Made by a program: the position numbers and the translations under genes. From contig OZ024741.1 in the NCBI GenBank assembly GCA_964016885.1, positions 314,030,001 through 314,094,000 on the forward strand: DNA of 64,000 bases, given 5' to 3'. Every line of letters starts with the position of its first letter. Position 1 is the first letter of the stretch. Below the pieces are notes generated by a model that saw only the letters and a program-made list of their open reading frames with translations, ran no database searches and was not told the origin of the DNA. Below are positions 28,960 to 47,694 of the stretch, piece after piece. Origin of the DNA: Eledone cirrhosa. Lineage: Eukaryota.

Positions 28960-31900
28960 CTTTAACTTTGATTACTTTGATATGTTTCGGTCAGTATTGG
29001 CCCAGGCCATGTCTAACTTAATTGCACCACCTGCCGAAGTCTTACATATCAGTGTTTGGGCACCATGGCTCACTCGACCAGAGAGTTATTGTTTACGGAG
29101 GCATATCCGGGTGTAGGAGGCTTATCCGGGATTTCTTGAAGGAATTTATGCAAAGACTTCTAGAACTTGATGGGGTCTGTCTCTGCTTTTTGTGTTTTGG
29201 TGGAACGTTAAAGAGTGCAGGGCCAATTGAGTGAAATAATTGTGCCGTATTGTTGTTATGTGATGCGAGTGAGATGTTTGTGGTGGGCGGATAGCACGCA
29301 GCCCAAGCCTTGGGTGTAGACTAAAGGTGATGCCAACATCATTTGGGCAAAGCTGATGGAATATTTTCCACATCATTCAGATAATGTAGCGTTCACGGCG
29401 ACGTTGGAGACAATAAAGTTTGAGCTTTTCTAATCGACTCCAATAGTCAAGGTCTGTCATGTCATCTATCTTTTTTGTAATTGACATTTGGGGTGCTTCA
29501 ACTTTCATGATACTTTGTTTCGTGTGCGGTGACCACAGTGGACAACAGTATTCAAGGTGGGGTCGGGCAAAAGTGGAGAAGAGAAGGATAACAGTGTGGA
29601 TATCTCTCGAGTGGAAAGTTTTAAGAATCCAGGAACACATTCTGCGGGTCATATCAACTTTGCTGTTTATATGAGTGGCCCAGCTTATGTTGTTTTCCAC
29701 AATTACTCCCAGGTCTCTGATGTTATTGGATGCCACTAGAGTTTCACCCGAAGGGAAAGAGTATGGTAGTTTAAGGGCATCCTTTTTTATAAAGTGGATT
29801 AATTGAAATGTATCCTCATTTAACAGCATATTATTCATTTCTGCCCATTGTGGCGGTGAATTGGCAGTATCGGTAGAGGGTTGGACGCCATGCTTTCTAG
29901 CATAGTTATGTCCCTTTACATTCTGAGTTCAAATCCCGCCGAGGTTAACTTTGCCTTTCATCCTTACGGGGTCGATAAAATAAAGTACCAGTAATGTACT
30001 GGGTAATTGCTGGCCTTGTGCCTAAAGTAGAAACAATTATTCATTTCTGCCCATTGTAAAACAGCCAGTAGGTCTGACTGAAGGAAAGTCCGGTCACCCA
30101 CCTCGTTGATGACCCTTTGGAGCTTGGAATCATCTGCGAAGATTCTGATGTTACTGTGCTTGATGATATCCGTAATGTCATTAATGTACATGATGAAAAT
30201 AAGTGGGCCCAACACAGTGCCTTGTGGGACGCCACTGCTGACTTTGGCAGCGCTTGATTTTACTCCTTCGACTACAACATGCTGGGTTCTGCCTGTCAGG
30301 AAACATTTGATACACTGTAGTAACCTTCCAGAGACACCAACATTGGATAGTTTTTTCAGTAGAATCTTATGATTAACCCTGTCGAAGGCTTTGCTGAAAT
30401 CAAGGTAGATGACATCAGTGTTGGAGCCCTCTCCCAAGGCTCTCAAAACATCATCAAAGTGATGCTGGAGCTGCGTTAGGGGGTCCCTTCCATTACGAAA
30501 CCCATGTTTGTTGGAGTTCAGCAGGCCGTTGCTTTCAAGAAAGTGGGTTATTTGTGATCTCACCACCCTCTCAAATACCTTGATAATATGAGAGATGAGT
30601 GAGATCGGACGGTAGTTTACTGCTAGGGACTTATTTCCCTTTTTAAAGACTGGAACAATGGACTGGGACAGAAAGTTTTCAGGAATATAGCCAGTGTCCA
30701 GTGAGTTCCTACACACATTAGCAAGAGGAGATGCAAGTTGGTGTCGACACACCTTCAGGACACAAGCAGGGAAACTGTCGGGGACTACTGTTGAATTGTG
30801 TTTACTTTCGTTTACTGCCGCTAAGACATCAGAGGCGCTAAACGTTATGTCTGATATACTGTGTTGGGGATTAACATCACTGATACGGCCCAGATCGGCC
30901 ATATCAGGATTGCTGAAAACAGAGCAGTATTGTATCTGCAGTATCTCGCCCATGGTTTTGGCATTGTCTTGGTGTGTGCCATTTTTATCAACTAGGGGGC
31001 CAAGAGTGGAGACGGTGACCTTGTGTTTTTTTAGCAAATGCAAAGAACACTTTGGGGTTCAGTTTGATTTTCTCAATGGCCCACCTCTCTTCAGCTATTC
31101 TCTGGTTATTGATGATGGTCATCATGCATTGCTGGACGTTATATTTTTTTGACTCAAGCAGAGTGATAGCCATTGAATGTGTGTGTTGCTGTTGGCAGTA
31201 TTTTATTATGTTCATTTTTTGTTTGATATTTTTATTTTCTGATAATTGTTTTTCTGTTTCACGGGATATTGCTCTTAGTTTTGTTCACAGGTTTTGGTGG
31301 GGTCTATTTCGTACATATATTTGTGACAGTGTCTACAAAGATCTGCCAAGATGTTTTGATGTTGGTGGAAGTGTGTGCGTGTGTAAAAGACCAGTCGACA
31401 TGTGATAGTTCGTTCATAATTATATCCCAGTTGGCATTGTAGAGATCCATGTTATCAAATATGGTGGGCTGGAAAGAGGACCCTGAGATTAGCTTTCGGC
31501 TGGTGGAATCTTAGGTTACAAAGAACCATATCATGGTCTGAGAGAAGGGTTCTTTCCACTGTAATATTATGTATAGTGTTAGTGTTGTTACTAAACACTA
31601 GATCCAGAATGTTCTTCTGATGCCTCGTTGGTGCAAGGACAAGTTGGGACAAGAAAAACTCATTCATGAAGTCAAGAAGTGACTCGACAGCCTCTTTGTC
31701 AGTGGTTGAGGCTGTGGAGCCTGGTTTCAAACTACAAGTAGACCAATCGACACATGGCAGATTAAAATCTCCCATCAAAAGTATGTTGCTAGAATAGCAC
31801 TGTTTAATAAAGCATTTAATACTGTTGAGACATTCTTTGAAGCAGATTATGGGTGTTTGTGGTGACCTATAGAGCCCAACTGATATCATGTCATTGGCTT

Positions 31901-33400
31901 TATTGTGCACCGTGACTGATTCACAGTATCCATTACAGAATGTTGTGTTACCATCTGCCGTAAAGGAATCATGCAGGAAAATGGCAATTCCACCCTTCTT
32001 TCTGCCAACACGATCCGGATGGTTGTGAAATTTCTCACTCTTACTTCGGCCTCCATGTGGGAGATGTCAAGGTGGGATCTCAGTAAGAATGAAGAAGGGG
32101 ATGTGAAATGGATGGTTACCAACCCAATCCTCAATGAATTGGATCTTCCATTTCTGTGCATTGATGGATGGTGTGATATCTTGTGTATTGAGTAAGAATG
32201 TGGAGGCTAGAGCGGTAGCTGGTTTTGACTGTTGCAGGGGGCTTGTTTTGTGATTGTGCGTTAGTGACAGCAAGGAAGGTGTTGGGTGATGGCTAAAATG
32301 TTTTTCTCTATCTCTTTTGCCAGGTTCATGGCTAAAAAAGAAAGATTTTTTTTGGTTCAGGGAGCAGTTTTTGATTGGATTTGTGGTTACAACATTGGAT
32401 AGGGTTGCAGTTCCCTCTTTTGTTGTTGTTGTTATTGTATTTGTTGTAATTGTGTCTTTGTGAAAAGAGTGGATCAGCGTTATTTTTGTTGTTGTTGTAT
32501 TTGTTGTTGTTGTAATCGTGTCGTTGTGAAAAGACTGGAACAACATTACTTTTGTTGTTTTTGTTGTTGTAATCATGTCTTTTTAGAGGAGACTGGAACA
32601 GCATTACCGCAGCATGAGGTGGCTATATTGTCGTTTGTGGGTTGGCATGGAGCCCCTTTTCTGTTCGTGCGTTGTGTCCCAGGAAGATGAGTGAAGGGAT
32701 GGTCAGTCAGCAGACATAGCCTCCCACGTTGGGGATGTTTGCAGATTGTGGACTGCGACCTATACGTGCGGGCAGCGTGCTTTGGTCTTGGCTAGCAGTG
32801 TTAATGCGCCTAGTACCTGGTAAATGGGTAAATATAAAGTAGCTACGTGTGCATAGCCTCTGACGAAGTGAGTAGCGGCATATTTTAGGGTTTCTAGTAT
32901 GTGTAGTGGGGGTGCATACAGCTCCATCGTTTTTTTAAAAGTTCTTTTGACTTTGGCATGGCTGTGGTGGTGATGTGGGGGAAGAAAGCCTTAATGGTGA
33001 TGATGATGATGACAACTGTAGTGGGAGAGAGAGAGCATTGGTCCATTACTAGCACTTGATATGGCAGAAGATGGTGACAGTGGTGATGGTGATGGTGATA
33101 ATGATGGCTTATTGAGTGGCTGGGGGATACTGTCATTCAGTAATTCAGCTATTATGCTTGAATTCAGTAGTGGTTGCTCCTGATTTTCTGGCTGTTGTTA
33201 TTGTTGTGGCTGTTGTTGTTGTGGCTGTCATTGTTGTTGTTGCTGTTGTTGTGTTTGTCCATTGGAGTAAATATGTCGAAGTTTTTCAAAATGGATTTCA
33301 AAACAACAAACAGCGGAGGACGCGTTTCGCACCTTTCCGACAGACAACCTTTCCCCCACCCCGGAAAAAAACCCCAGTTGATGGATGTGAATCCGAAATA
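28960..33400 (-). pseudogene. Near full-length CR1-like LINE (ORF1 remnant, APE endonuclease, RT, 3' UTR)
   Basis: LYRSP, LMGDFNLP.VDW, PTR..NILDLVF, SDH (31455-31910); NYRPISL, YLDFSKAFDRV, SGVPQGTVLGP, FADD (29964-31043); the 5' boundary is approximate. Confidence 0.9.
29852..30035 (+). mobile_element. tRNA-derived SINE inserted in the CR1 RT, 22-bp TSD
   Basis: TSD attattcatttctgcccattgt at 29830-29851 and 30036-30057. Confidence 0.95.
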
Positions 33401-33677
33401 TATAGGGACAATTAAATCTCTCCCAAGGTAACTCTCTCTCGTGTTGTTATTTTTATTTTATCCTTTATACTCTTTCCTTCATTCCTCTACACATCTTATA
33501 CACAGCACGCATCTCAACGTACACCCACTTACATCTCTCTCTCCACCACCGGATCTTGTTACCCGGAGATTTACCCATTTGCATTGTCGAGGCTTCCAAA
33601 CGACTTAAAGATATTTACCTATTATTCCACAATGCTTCAAGCAAACTTCAATACTCTCTTATATATATATATATATA

Positions 33678-34268
33678 AACATAAATTATCGAGATTCGCA
33701 TTTCGGCCCACGAAATAACGAAAAACAACCTCCGAGATGTGCGCAAGTGCTGAATGATTCAGATGAACCAGAGCTATAACAAACGTTAAAGGCCAAACAC
33801 ACTGAGACGAAGGTTAAACAATCATTCGCATAGCCAAAAAAGAAAACAAAAAAAATCGATCAAGTAATTCGGGTATTGAAAATTTACACGGACCACTGGG
33901 TAAAATCCAGTATATGGGTTTCTGCGGCTCCGAAATCAAGTACAGACCGCTTACATAAATAATGTCAGGCTTCTGGTAAGATGATTGAACAAGGAAGCTA
34001 CTTTCTCAAAAGGTTTTAGTTCAATGTTAATACAAGGACTGACTATTGCTGACCCCACGTGGGGATCGGCAAGGGAGGCAACCCCTATATCAGGCGAATG
34101 AATTCAGTTGTGTATATTTTTGCAAGAATGCAAAAACATCACAAATCGAATAGAGTTCTCAACAGAAGAGTTAAAAATTAACATAAGCTATTCATCAGTG
34201 AATAGAGTCAACTAAAAAATTAAGTAAATTAACTGGTCAATAGCTAGAGTCTGGAGAATAATACAAAT
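33678..34268 (-). repeat. Monomer of the ~580-bp unit, flanked by TA tracts
   Basis: Reverse complement of 12105-12685. Confidence 0.85.
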
Positions 34269-34349
34269 GTATATATATATATGTATATATATATATAGAT
34301 ATATGTATATATATATGTATATATAGATATATGTATATATAGATATATG

Positions 34350-34381
<32 letters not shown>

Positions 34382-34447
34382 GATATAGATATATGTATAT
34401 ATATCTATCTATATATAGGTATATGTATATATAGATATATGTATATA

Positions 34448-34563
<116 letters not shown>

Positions 34564-34627
34564 TATATGTATATATATATATATATATATGTATATATAG
34601 ATAGATGTATATATAGATATATGTATA

Positions 34628-34731
<104 letters not shown>

Positions 34732-34790
34732 TATATATAGATAGATATATGTATATAAGAATGTATATATAGATGGATGTATATATAGAA

Positions 34791-34844
<54 letters not shown>

Positions 34845-34848
<4 letters not shown>

Positions 34849-35224
34849 TAATAAAAGGAATTCCAACTGTCTTATTTACTCGTTTTATTTACAATACTTT
34901 ATAATTTATAATGCTATTAGAATGAAATAGTATGGTAGAATATTAAATGTTAAGTGTTAATTGAACAAGTACTTTCATGCTTTCGCAATCTTCAGGTTCA
35001 TAATGTGTTTGACAGTCAAGTTTGCAATTTTCAACTGTTGAACATTGCAAACTTGACTGTCACCAAATTATGAACCTGAAGATTGCGAAAGCATGAAAGT
35101 ACTTGTTAAATTAACACTTAAGATTTAATATTCTACCATACTATTTCATTCTAATACCATTATAAATTCTAAAGGATTGTAAATAAAACGAGTAAATCAA
35201 AGTTGGAATTCCTTTTATTAATAT
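34845..35224. mobile_element. 380-bp palindrome (centre ~35036) carrying an HHR in each arm
   Basis: Arms are reverse complements; a further hairpin at 35232-35269 abuts the PLE ORF. Confidence 0.9.
34962..35000 (-). ncRNA. Very small hammerhead ribozyme (mirror copy 35071-35109)
   Basis: ugaac CUGAAGA uugc gaaa gcau GAAA guac UU guuca. Confidence 0.75.
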
Positions 35225-35267
35225 AATCTTCTATACACAATCATACACATCCGTTTATGATTGTGTA

Positions 35268-37241
35268 TATGGTGATGTGGACGAATATAATGCAGCCCAA
35301 CAAAAATACTGCCAACAACTTCCAGGCCTGGAACAATGACGTGCCGGCGTTGTATGGGCTTCGAAAAGAACATAAAACGGGCAGTGACCCTGTCGCGGGA
35401 CCACCAACACGGCTAGTCTGTGGAGCTAACATTGCTAGTAACTACAGACTGTCCTACCTCCTCTCCCTGATCATACGCCCCATCATTGAAATGTCCCCAG
35501 ATGTATGTGACAGCACGGAGGACCTTCTCAGCACAATCGGTGAGAGTAACCGATCTAGGGACCTAACAAACTGCATAATAGGCAGTATGGATGTTGTGTC
35601 CCTGTATCCATCTATTGACGTGGATTTTGTGATGGACAAATGCGTAGAAATGATCAGTGAGAGCAAGGTTGAGTTCCCTGGGATTAATACCAGTGAGCTG
35701 GGACTCCTAATTAAACTTACCTATAGTAATAATTACCTAGACACATATGACCTTAGCAACCTGTGCCCTACAAGACCAGCAAGAGGCAGACCACCTACCA
35801 TTACTTAAATGGCCAAGAAAACGAACACAGATAGATGGAACGGGTGGACCAGAGCCATACGGACACCTGAAAACCACGATGAACTGAAGAAAATGATTGC
35901 ACATGCGGTAGGGGCCAGCATAAAACTAACCCTTAAGGAACATATGTTCAAATTTAATGGAAAAACATATGCCCAAGAGGAAGGAGCAGCCATTGGTGTT
36001 AGCATTGCAGGCAACATAGCTAACTTATTGATGGTATGGTGGGACAGTAGTCTTAAACTTAAACTTAAAGAACAATTAGAAGACCCCTTAACCCTGATAA
36101 TGTACTCCCGCTACGTTGATGATATAAACATCGTAGTTAAGACACCCCCACTAGAGAACAGTCAGGAACTAGAGAAAAACACAATGGAAAGCATCCAGCA
36201 AATAGCAAACTCCATCCACCAGAGCATTAGAGTTACTATAGACTACCCAAGTAAACACCCCATCCATCGATTACCTGTACTAGACACAGAGCTCTGGTTA
36301 GATACCATTAACAACCAAAAACAAATCCTCCATTCCCATTATGCCAAACCCATGACTTCCAAACATCTGATCCACCGAAACTCGGCCGTTTCGGACCATA
36401 CCAAAATCAACATACTGATTGCGGATTTGCTACGAATGACGAGAAATATGTCCCGCATGTGCAACCCCGAAGAACTAGAGAGACACATACAACACTTCAT
36501 CCACCGTATGCAGTTCTCTGGCTACAACCAGAGAGATAAAATCAGAGTGTATAGAGGAGCCAGAACCAAATGGGAAAAAATGGTAAATAATGACATAAAT
36601 GGGACCTGCCCCTTGTATAGGAGCAAATTTTGGAATAGAATAGAAAGAACTAGGAACAAGGCTAATAGAATAAACTCATGGTATGATAGCAATAAATACC
36701 AGAGTGTAATGTTCATCGATACAACCCCTAGAGGTGAATTAGCTTACACATTTAGAAGGGCCCTAAATAAATATAAACTCAATATTAAGATAGTAGAAAG
36801 ACCAGGTACCTCCGTACAAACACTTATTAGCAAGACATACCCTTTTCAAAGACCCTCATGTATAGATAAGAAATGTATAACCTGTAAAATAATCCCCCAT
36901 ATTGACTGTAAAACTAAAAATGTAGTGTATAGCATAATATGTACTGAAGGACAATGTAGAGACAAAAATATAGTGTACATAGGTGAGACAGCTCGTAGTG
37001 TAGGGGAACGGATAAATGAACACTGGCGAGACTTCAAAATAGTAAAGAATCATCTGTACTCTACCAACATGCTAAACTAGAACACAAGGGTAAATTAGAG
37101 AACATAGAAATAAAAATAGAATCTACACACAGAAAAGACGAAATGTTTAGACAAATTACAGAGGCAATAAACATAAAAGAATGACAACCAAAATTAAATA
37201 GAAAATATGAGTGGAACAGCAACATCACAACTTACGATTAA
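35268..37241 (+). pseudogene. 5'-truncated Nematis-like PLE RT-GIY-YIG ORF
   Basis: SMDVVSLYPSI, QEEGAAIG, YSRYVDD, LPVLD, MQFSGY, NVVYSIIC..C....YIGETAR..ERI.EH. Confidence 0.9.
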
Positions 37242-37441
37242 GGACAAAATGAAAACACACACACACATAGAACAAACAACCAACCAGTAACATGTAAATA
37301 AACAAATAAATAAATGAACATAAACACACACAGACACCCGGATGTGGCGCATGCGCAGACTGAGCACACAACACACACACAGAAACAAAATGGCGTAGGA
37401 CAGAACAAAGGTTAGGCACAGAAACAAAGAAAGGAATCCCC

Positions 37442-37486
37442 AGTCACTGAAGAGGTCACAGATTGTGTGACGAAAGAACTATGACT
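37442..37486 (+). ncRNA. Minimal hammerhead ribozyme
   Basis: aguca CUGAAGA g gucaca gaug.. ugugac GAAA gaac UA ugacu. Confidence 0.8.
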
Positions 37487-37905
37487 ATGTATAAACAACT
37501 ATCTGGTTGTGGAGCCATCCAACCAACCAGAAATTTATAAATTTATGAATTTATTATAAATTTATTATAATAAATTGAAGTGAAACAAGTGGTGCGTGTG
37601 TTTCTTATTGGCAACATAACCCTCCCAAAGTATAACAATATCGGTTTCAACACACGATTTCAGATAAAGAATCTTGCTAAACAAATTCAGAAACGAAATA
37701 TATATAAATATATATGTATATATATATGTATATATATATATATTGTTATACTTTGGGAGGGTCATGTTGCCAATAAGAAACACACGCACCAGTAGCTTTC
37801 ACTTCAATTTATTATATATTTATAAATTTATAAATTTACAAATTTACAAACTTATAAATTTCTGGTTGGTTGGTTGGTTCCACAACCAGATAGTTGTTTA
37901 TATAT

Positions 37906-37950
37906 AGTCATAGTCCTTTCGTCACACGTTCTGTGACCTCTTCAGTGACT
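37906..37950 (-). ncRNA. Minimal hammerhead ribozyme
   Basis: Inverted copy; loop III ggac. Confidence 0.8.
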
Positions 37951-38242
37951 GGGGATTCCTTTCTTTGTTTCTGTGCCTTTCCTTTCTTCTATCCTACGCC
38001 ATTTTTTTCTGTGTGTGTGTTGTGTGCTCATTTTGCGCATGCGCCACATCCAGGTGTCTGTGTGTGTTTGTCTTCATTTTTTCTATTTGTTTATTTATTT
38101 ATTTATTTATTTATTGTTGGTTGATGTTTGTTCTATGTGTGTGTGTGTTTCTTATTGGCAACATGACCCTCCCAAAGTATAACAATATCGGTTTCAACAC
38201 ACGATTTCAGATAAAGAATCTTGCTATACAAATTCAGAAACG

Positions 38243-38361
<119 letters not shown>

Positions 38362-38786
38362 TATATGTATATATAATATTAAGGATACTATTTATGGTTA
38401 TGTATATACTAAAACTGTTTATAGTTATGTATATTTTAAACCCTAATCAGTGTAGGTCAGTAATTGATTACTACCTTATTACCAGTAAGATAAATAGCTC
38501 AATGTAATAACATTAGTTGTTCTACAGAGCAGTTATATAGAATTCAAAACAATCAAAGCTAACAAACTATCCTCTTGCATTATCTGTGTTAACAGCCGAA
38601 TGTATTATAATTTTGTTTTAATTTTGTTTTAATTTTAATTTTGATTTTGATTTTAAATTTGAATTGCTATACAGAAATAATATAGTATAATATATGTCAC
38701 TCCACTGTACATCAATATATATATATATGTATATGTATGTCTCTTGCGTTGGAAAGGAGGGCAATTATGTGTACAAACATTGAAAA

Positions 38787-38836
38787 ATGCTCCGAAGACT
38801 CGAAGCCTAGGTTTGGATGAAACAATTGTAAGTGAA
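38787..38836 (+). ncRNA. Decayed hammerhead-like motif
   Basis: gcu CCGAAGA cucgaagcc ua gguuuggau GAAA caauug UA agu (U4 to C). Confidence 0.4.
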
Positions 38837-39236
38837 TAAATGCTTTGCACATAGCTTTGATTCTTGAATATATATGTCTGCGTGTATGTATATATATGTA
38901 TACATACTATTGTACGTCTGTATACATATATGTAGGTACGTATACATACTTATATTTAAGTAACAGCCGTACTAAGAGTGAGAAATGAAATTTCGTTTCA
39001 TTTTTTCCGTTTATAAATATATATGTATATATATATATATATATAAATATATATGTATATATTTATAAATATATATGTATATATATAAATATATATGTAT
39101 ATATATAAATATATATGTATATATATATAAATATATATGTATATATATATAACTATATATGTATATATATATAAATATATATGTATATATATAAATATAT
39201 ATGTATATATAGAAATATATATGTATATATATATAG

Positions 39237-39354
<118 letters not shown>

Positions 39355-39449
39355 GTATATATACATATTTATATATATATAATATATATGTATATATGTA
39401 TATATATATAAATATATATGTATATATATATGTATATATATATAGAGGT

Positions 39450-40270
39450 TATCACATACATAAAATTAAATTAAATTAAATCAATGATACATATATGTGT
39501 TGCAACTGTTCACTTTTAAGCTCAATGAAGAATTAATAAGTTAAAATCAAAAAATCAGAGCATTATATCATAAAACGTGTCTATAGAATCAATCAGATAT
39601 TAAAATATATACTATTTCTTCCTCTAATCAGCATAATTAACCATATACATAATCAAATCCAGCAAGCTTTAAGAGTAAATTTTCTAACTGGGAAATCTCC
39701 GACAAACAATTGATCGCAGCCAGTTCGCGGTTGAGATTAAATTTGGCGATATATGGCTGCGCTTTCTAGCAGCATAGCTACCCGCCGTAAGCGACCAATC
39801 ACACGCTTTCTCTCTGGCTGGTACACAGCTACATAGCGATCTTAGCCATTTTTGAATCTAAATTTGGCGGGGTCTGTCCGAGAAATTAAATGTATATTTC
39901 TGAGTTTGTCTCCTGATGATAATCCTGACTCGGGACAGTCCATATTATTTGGATGTCCTAAACAAGGAAGAAACCATGGTCGAGATATAATTACGGTATG
40001 TGCGCATTTCTTCTAAGTTTTATTTTACTACTAATTACGTACGGTTGACGATGTGTTTGATCGGATTCTGCATGCTGCCGAAGTGTTTGATAAATAATGG
40101 AACGGGGTTAACGCGAACTGGCTGCGATCAATTGTTTGTCGGAGATTTCCCAGTTAGAAAATTTACTCTTAAAGCTTGCTGGATTTGATTATGTATATGG
40201 TTAATTATGCTGATTAGAGGAAGAAATAGTATATATTTTAATATCTGATTGATTCTATAGACACGTTTTA

Positions 40271-40275
<5 letters not shown>
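39450..40275. repeat. Fold-back of a diverged 660-bp unit
   Basis: 39565-39732 is inverted at 40110-40275. Confidence 0.85.
39905..39989 (+). ncRNA. Hammerhead ribozyme
   Basis: uugucuc CUGAUGA ... GAAA ccaugg UC gagaua. Confidence 0.75.
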
Positions 40276-40324
<49 letters not shown>

Positions 40325-40389
40325 ATATATATAAATATATATGTATATATATATGTATATATATATATATGTGTGTATATATATATGTA

Positions 40390-40477
<88 letters not shown>

Positions 40478-40551
40478 TGTATATATATAGATATAAATAT
40501 ATTTCTATATGGATATATATATATATATATTTATATATCTATATATCTATA

Positions 40552-40697
<146 letters not shown>

Positions 40698-40704
40698 TAT
40701 ATAC

Positions 40705-43700
40705 ATTTCGTTTCTGAATTTGTTTAGCAAGATTCTTTATCTGAAATCGTGTGTTTAAACCGATATTGTTATACTTTGGGAGGGGCATGTTGCCAATAAG
40801 AAACACACGCACCAGTTGCTTTCACTTCAATTTATTATATATTTATAAATTTATAAATTTACAAATCTACAAATTTATAAATTTCTGGTTGGTTGGTTGG
40901 TTCCACAACCAGATAGTTGTTTATATATGGTCATAGTCCTTTCGTCACACACTCTGTGACCTCTTCATTGACTGGGGATTCCTTTCTTTGTTTCTGTGCC
41001 TTTCCTTTCTTCTGTCCTACGCCATTTTGTTTCTGTGTGTGTGTTGTGTGCTCAGTTTGCGCATGCGACACATCCGGGTGTCTGTGTGTGTTTTTGTTCA
41101 TTTATCTATTTGTTTATTTATTTACATGTTATTGGTTAGTTGTTTGTTCTATGTGTGTGTGTGTTTTCATTTTGTCCTTAATTGTAAGTTGTGATGTTGC
41201 TGTTCCACTCATATTTTCTATTTAATTTTGGTTGTAATTCTTTTATGTTTATTGCCTCTGTAATTTGTCTAAACATTGCATCTTTTCTGTGTGTAGATTC
41301 TATTTTTATTTCTATGTTCTCTAATTTACCCCTGTGTTCTATCTTAGCATGTTGGTAGAGTACAGATGATTCTTTATTATCTTGAAGGTCTCGCCAGTGT
41401 TCATTTATCCGTTCCCCTATACTACGAGCTGTCTAACCTATGTACACTATATTTTTGTTTCTACATTGTCCTTCAGTACATCTTATGCTATACACTACAT
41501 TTCTAGTTTTACAGTTAATATGGGGGCTTATTTTACAGGTTATACATTTCTTATCTATACATGAGGGTCTTTGGAACGGGTATGTCTTGCTAATAAGTGT
41601 TTTTACGGAGGTACCTGGTCTTTCTACTATCATAATATTGAGTTTATGTTTATTTAGGGCCCTTCTAAATTTTTAGGCTAGTTCGCCACTAGTGGTTGTA
41701 TCGATGAACATTACACTCTGGTATTTATTGCTATCATACCATGAGTCTATTCTATTGGCCTTGTTCCTAGTTCTTTCTATTCTATTCCAAAATTTGCTCC
41801 TATACAAGGGGCAGGTCCCATTTATGTCATTTTTTCCCATTTGGTTCTGGCTCCTCTATACACTCTGATTCTATCTCACTGATTGTAGCCAGAGAACTGC
41901 ATACGGTGGATGAAGTGTTGTATGTGTCTCTCTAGTTCTTCGGGGTTGCACATGCGGGTCACATTTCTCATCACCCGTACCAAATCCGCAATCAGTATGT
42001 TGATTTAGGTATGGTCCGAAACGGCCGAGTTTCGGTGGATCAGATGTTTGGAAGTCATGGGTTTGGCATAATGGGAATGGAGGATTTGTTTTTGGTTGTT
42101 AATGGTATCTAACCAGAGCTCTGTGTCTAGTACAGGTAATCGATGGATGGGGTGTCTACATGGGTAGTCTATAGTAATTCTAATGCTCTGGTGGATGGAG
42201 TTTGCTATTTGCTGGATGCTTTCCATTGTGTTTTTCTCTAGTTCCTGACTGTTCTCTAGTGGGGGTGTCTTAACTACGATGTTTATATCATCTACGTAGC
42301 GGGAGTACATTATCAGGGTTAAGCTGTCTTCTAATTGTTCTTTAAGTTTAAGTTTAAGTCTACTGTCCCACCATACCATCAATAAGTTAGCTATGTCGCC
42401 TGCAATGCTAACAGCAATGGCTGCTCCTTCCTCTTGGGCATATGTTTTTCCATTAAATTTGAACATATGCTCCTTAAGGGTTAATTTTATGCTGGCCCCT
42501 ACCGCATGTGCAATCATTTTCTTCAGTTCATCGTGGTTTTCGGGTGTCCGTATGGCTTTGGTCCACCCGTTCCATCTATCTGTGTGGGTTTTCTTGGCCA
42601 TTGAGGTAATGGTAGGTGGTTTGCCTCTTGCTTGTCTTGTAGGGCACAGGTTGCTAAGGTCATATGTGTCTAGGTAACTATTACTATGGGTAAGCTTAAG
42701 TAGAAGTCCCAGCTCACTGGTATTAATCCCACGGAACTCAACCTTGCTCTAGCTGATCATTTCTACGCATTTCTCCACAGCAAAATCCACGTCAATAGAT
42801 GGATACAGGGACATAACATCCATACTGCCTATTATGCAGTTTGTTAGGTCCCCAGATCGGTTATTCCCGCCGATTCTGCTGAGGAGGTCCTCCGTGCTGT
42901 CACATACATCTGGGGACATCTCAATAATGGGGCGTATGATCAGGGAGATGAAGTAGGACAGTCTGTAGTTACTAGCAATGTTAGCTCCACAGACTGGCCG
43001 TGTTGGTGGTCCCGCGACAGGGTCACAGCCCGTTTTATGGTCTTTTCGAAGCCCATACAACGCCGGCACATCATTGTTCCAGGCCTGGAAGTTGTTGGCA
43101 GTCCTTTTGTTGGGCTGCATTATATTCGTCCACATCACCATATGGGCATTGAGGGCTTTTTCTCTATCCTCATGCTCCTGTGGTGTTACCTCTCTTGTGT
43201 TAGTGATGTGGGGTTGCATTGCCTGGATGTAGTTTGGCAGGCTGTCAACCGACATTCTGCCAGACTTGTCTGTTGGAAAGCATGCTATCTATCCATTACG
43301 CGAGCGCTGCATGAGCTTACGCAAGCCATTTGCAGATTTTTCACCCAGTTGCTGGGCCTCTATTCTATTACGCTTCTTGCTATACTGTTCTATAATATTT
43401 CTAATCTATTTCGGATCTAGCTATACTAAATTGTGCTTCTGTTTGTTCATCGACCTGCGACGGCAACTGCGTGCGTTTGTTAAATGGTAAAGTCGTGGCG
43501 TGGAGTCGTCGCAGGTCGAATGATTTATCGGAGGGATTATAAAACGGAGAGTTCCAGGCTGCTGTTTTATGTGTACTAGTGCTATTGTTATTGTTAGTTG
43601 TGTTGTTTCTATTTCTATTTCCACCAACAGCCTCATGGTTGTTTCTATATCACTCATAATTACTCCTGTCTCTTTCCACTGGCTCAATGTTGTTATCTAC

Positions 43701-44028
43701 CCTATTTTGTGTGTCTGTGTGTTCGTCTTGTTTATTCTCTTTGTCTCTAGTCTCCCTTCTCCTTTTAATCATATTACTTTCACTTATTTCTGTGATTTCT
43801 GTGCTACTGTCATTACTTGTTTTCTGTGTTTGTGTGTTTGTTAAGATTGTGGTGGTGGTGAGAGGCATTGAATGCGTGTGTGTTGTTGTTGTTGATGTGT
43901 GCTGTTGTTGATGTGTGTTGTTGTTGTCTGCGTGTGTGTTATCGTTGTTGTGTGTGTTGTTATTGTTGTTTGTGTCTGCGTGTCTATTGTTGTTGTTTCT
44001 GGGTACGTTGTTATTGTTGTTGTTGTTG
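40705..44028 (-). mobile_element. Nematis-like PLE, left arm of a head-to-head pair (HHR 40929-40973 has C3 to A)
   Basis: ORF pieces 42749-43255, 42005-42601 and 41433-41633 match the plus-strand copy. Confidence 0.92.
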
Positions 44029-47684
<3,656 letters not shown>

Positions 47685-47694
47685 GATAGAGAGA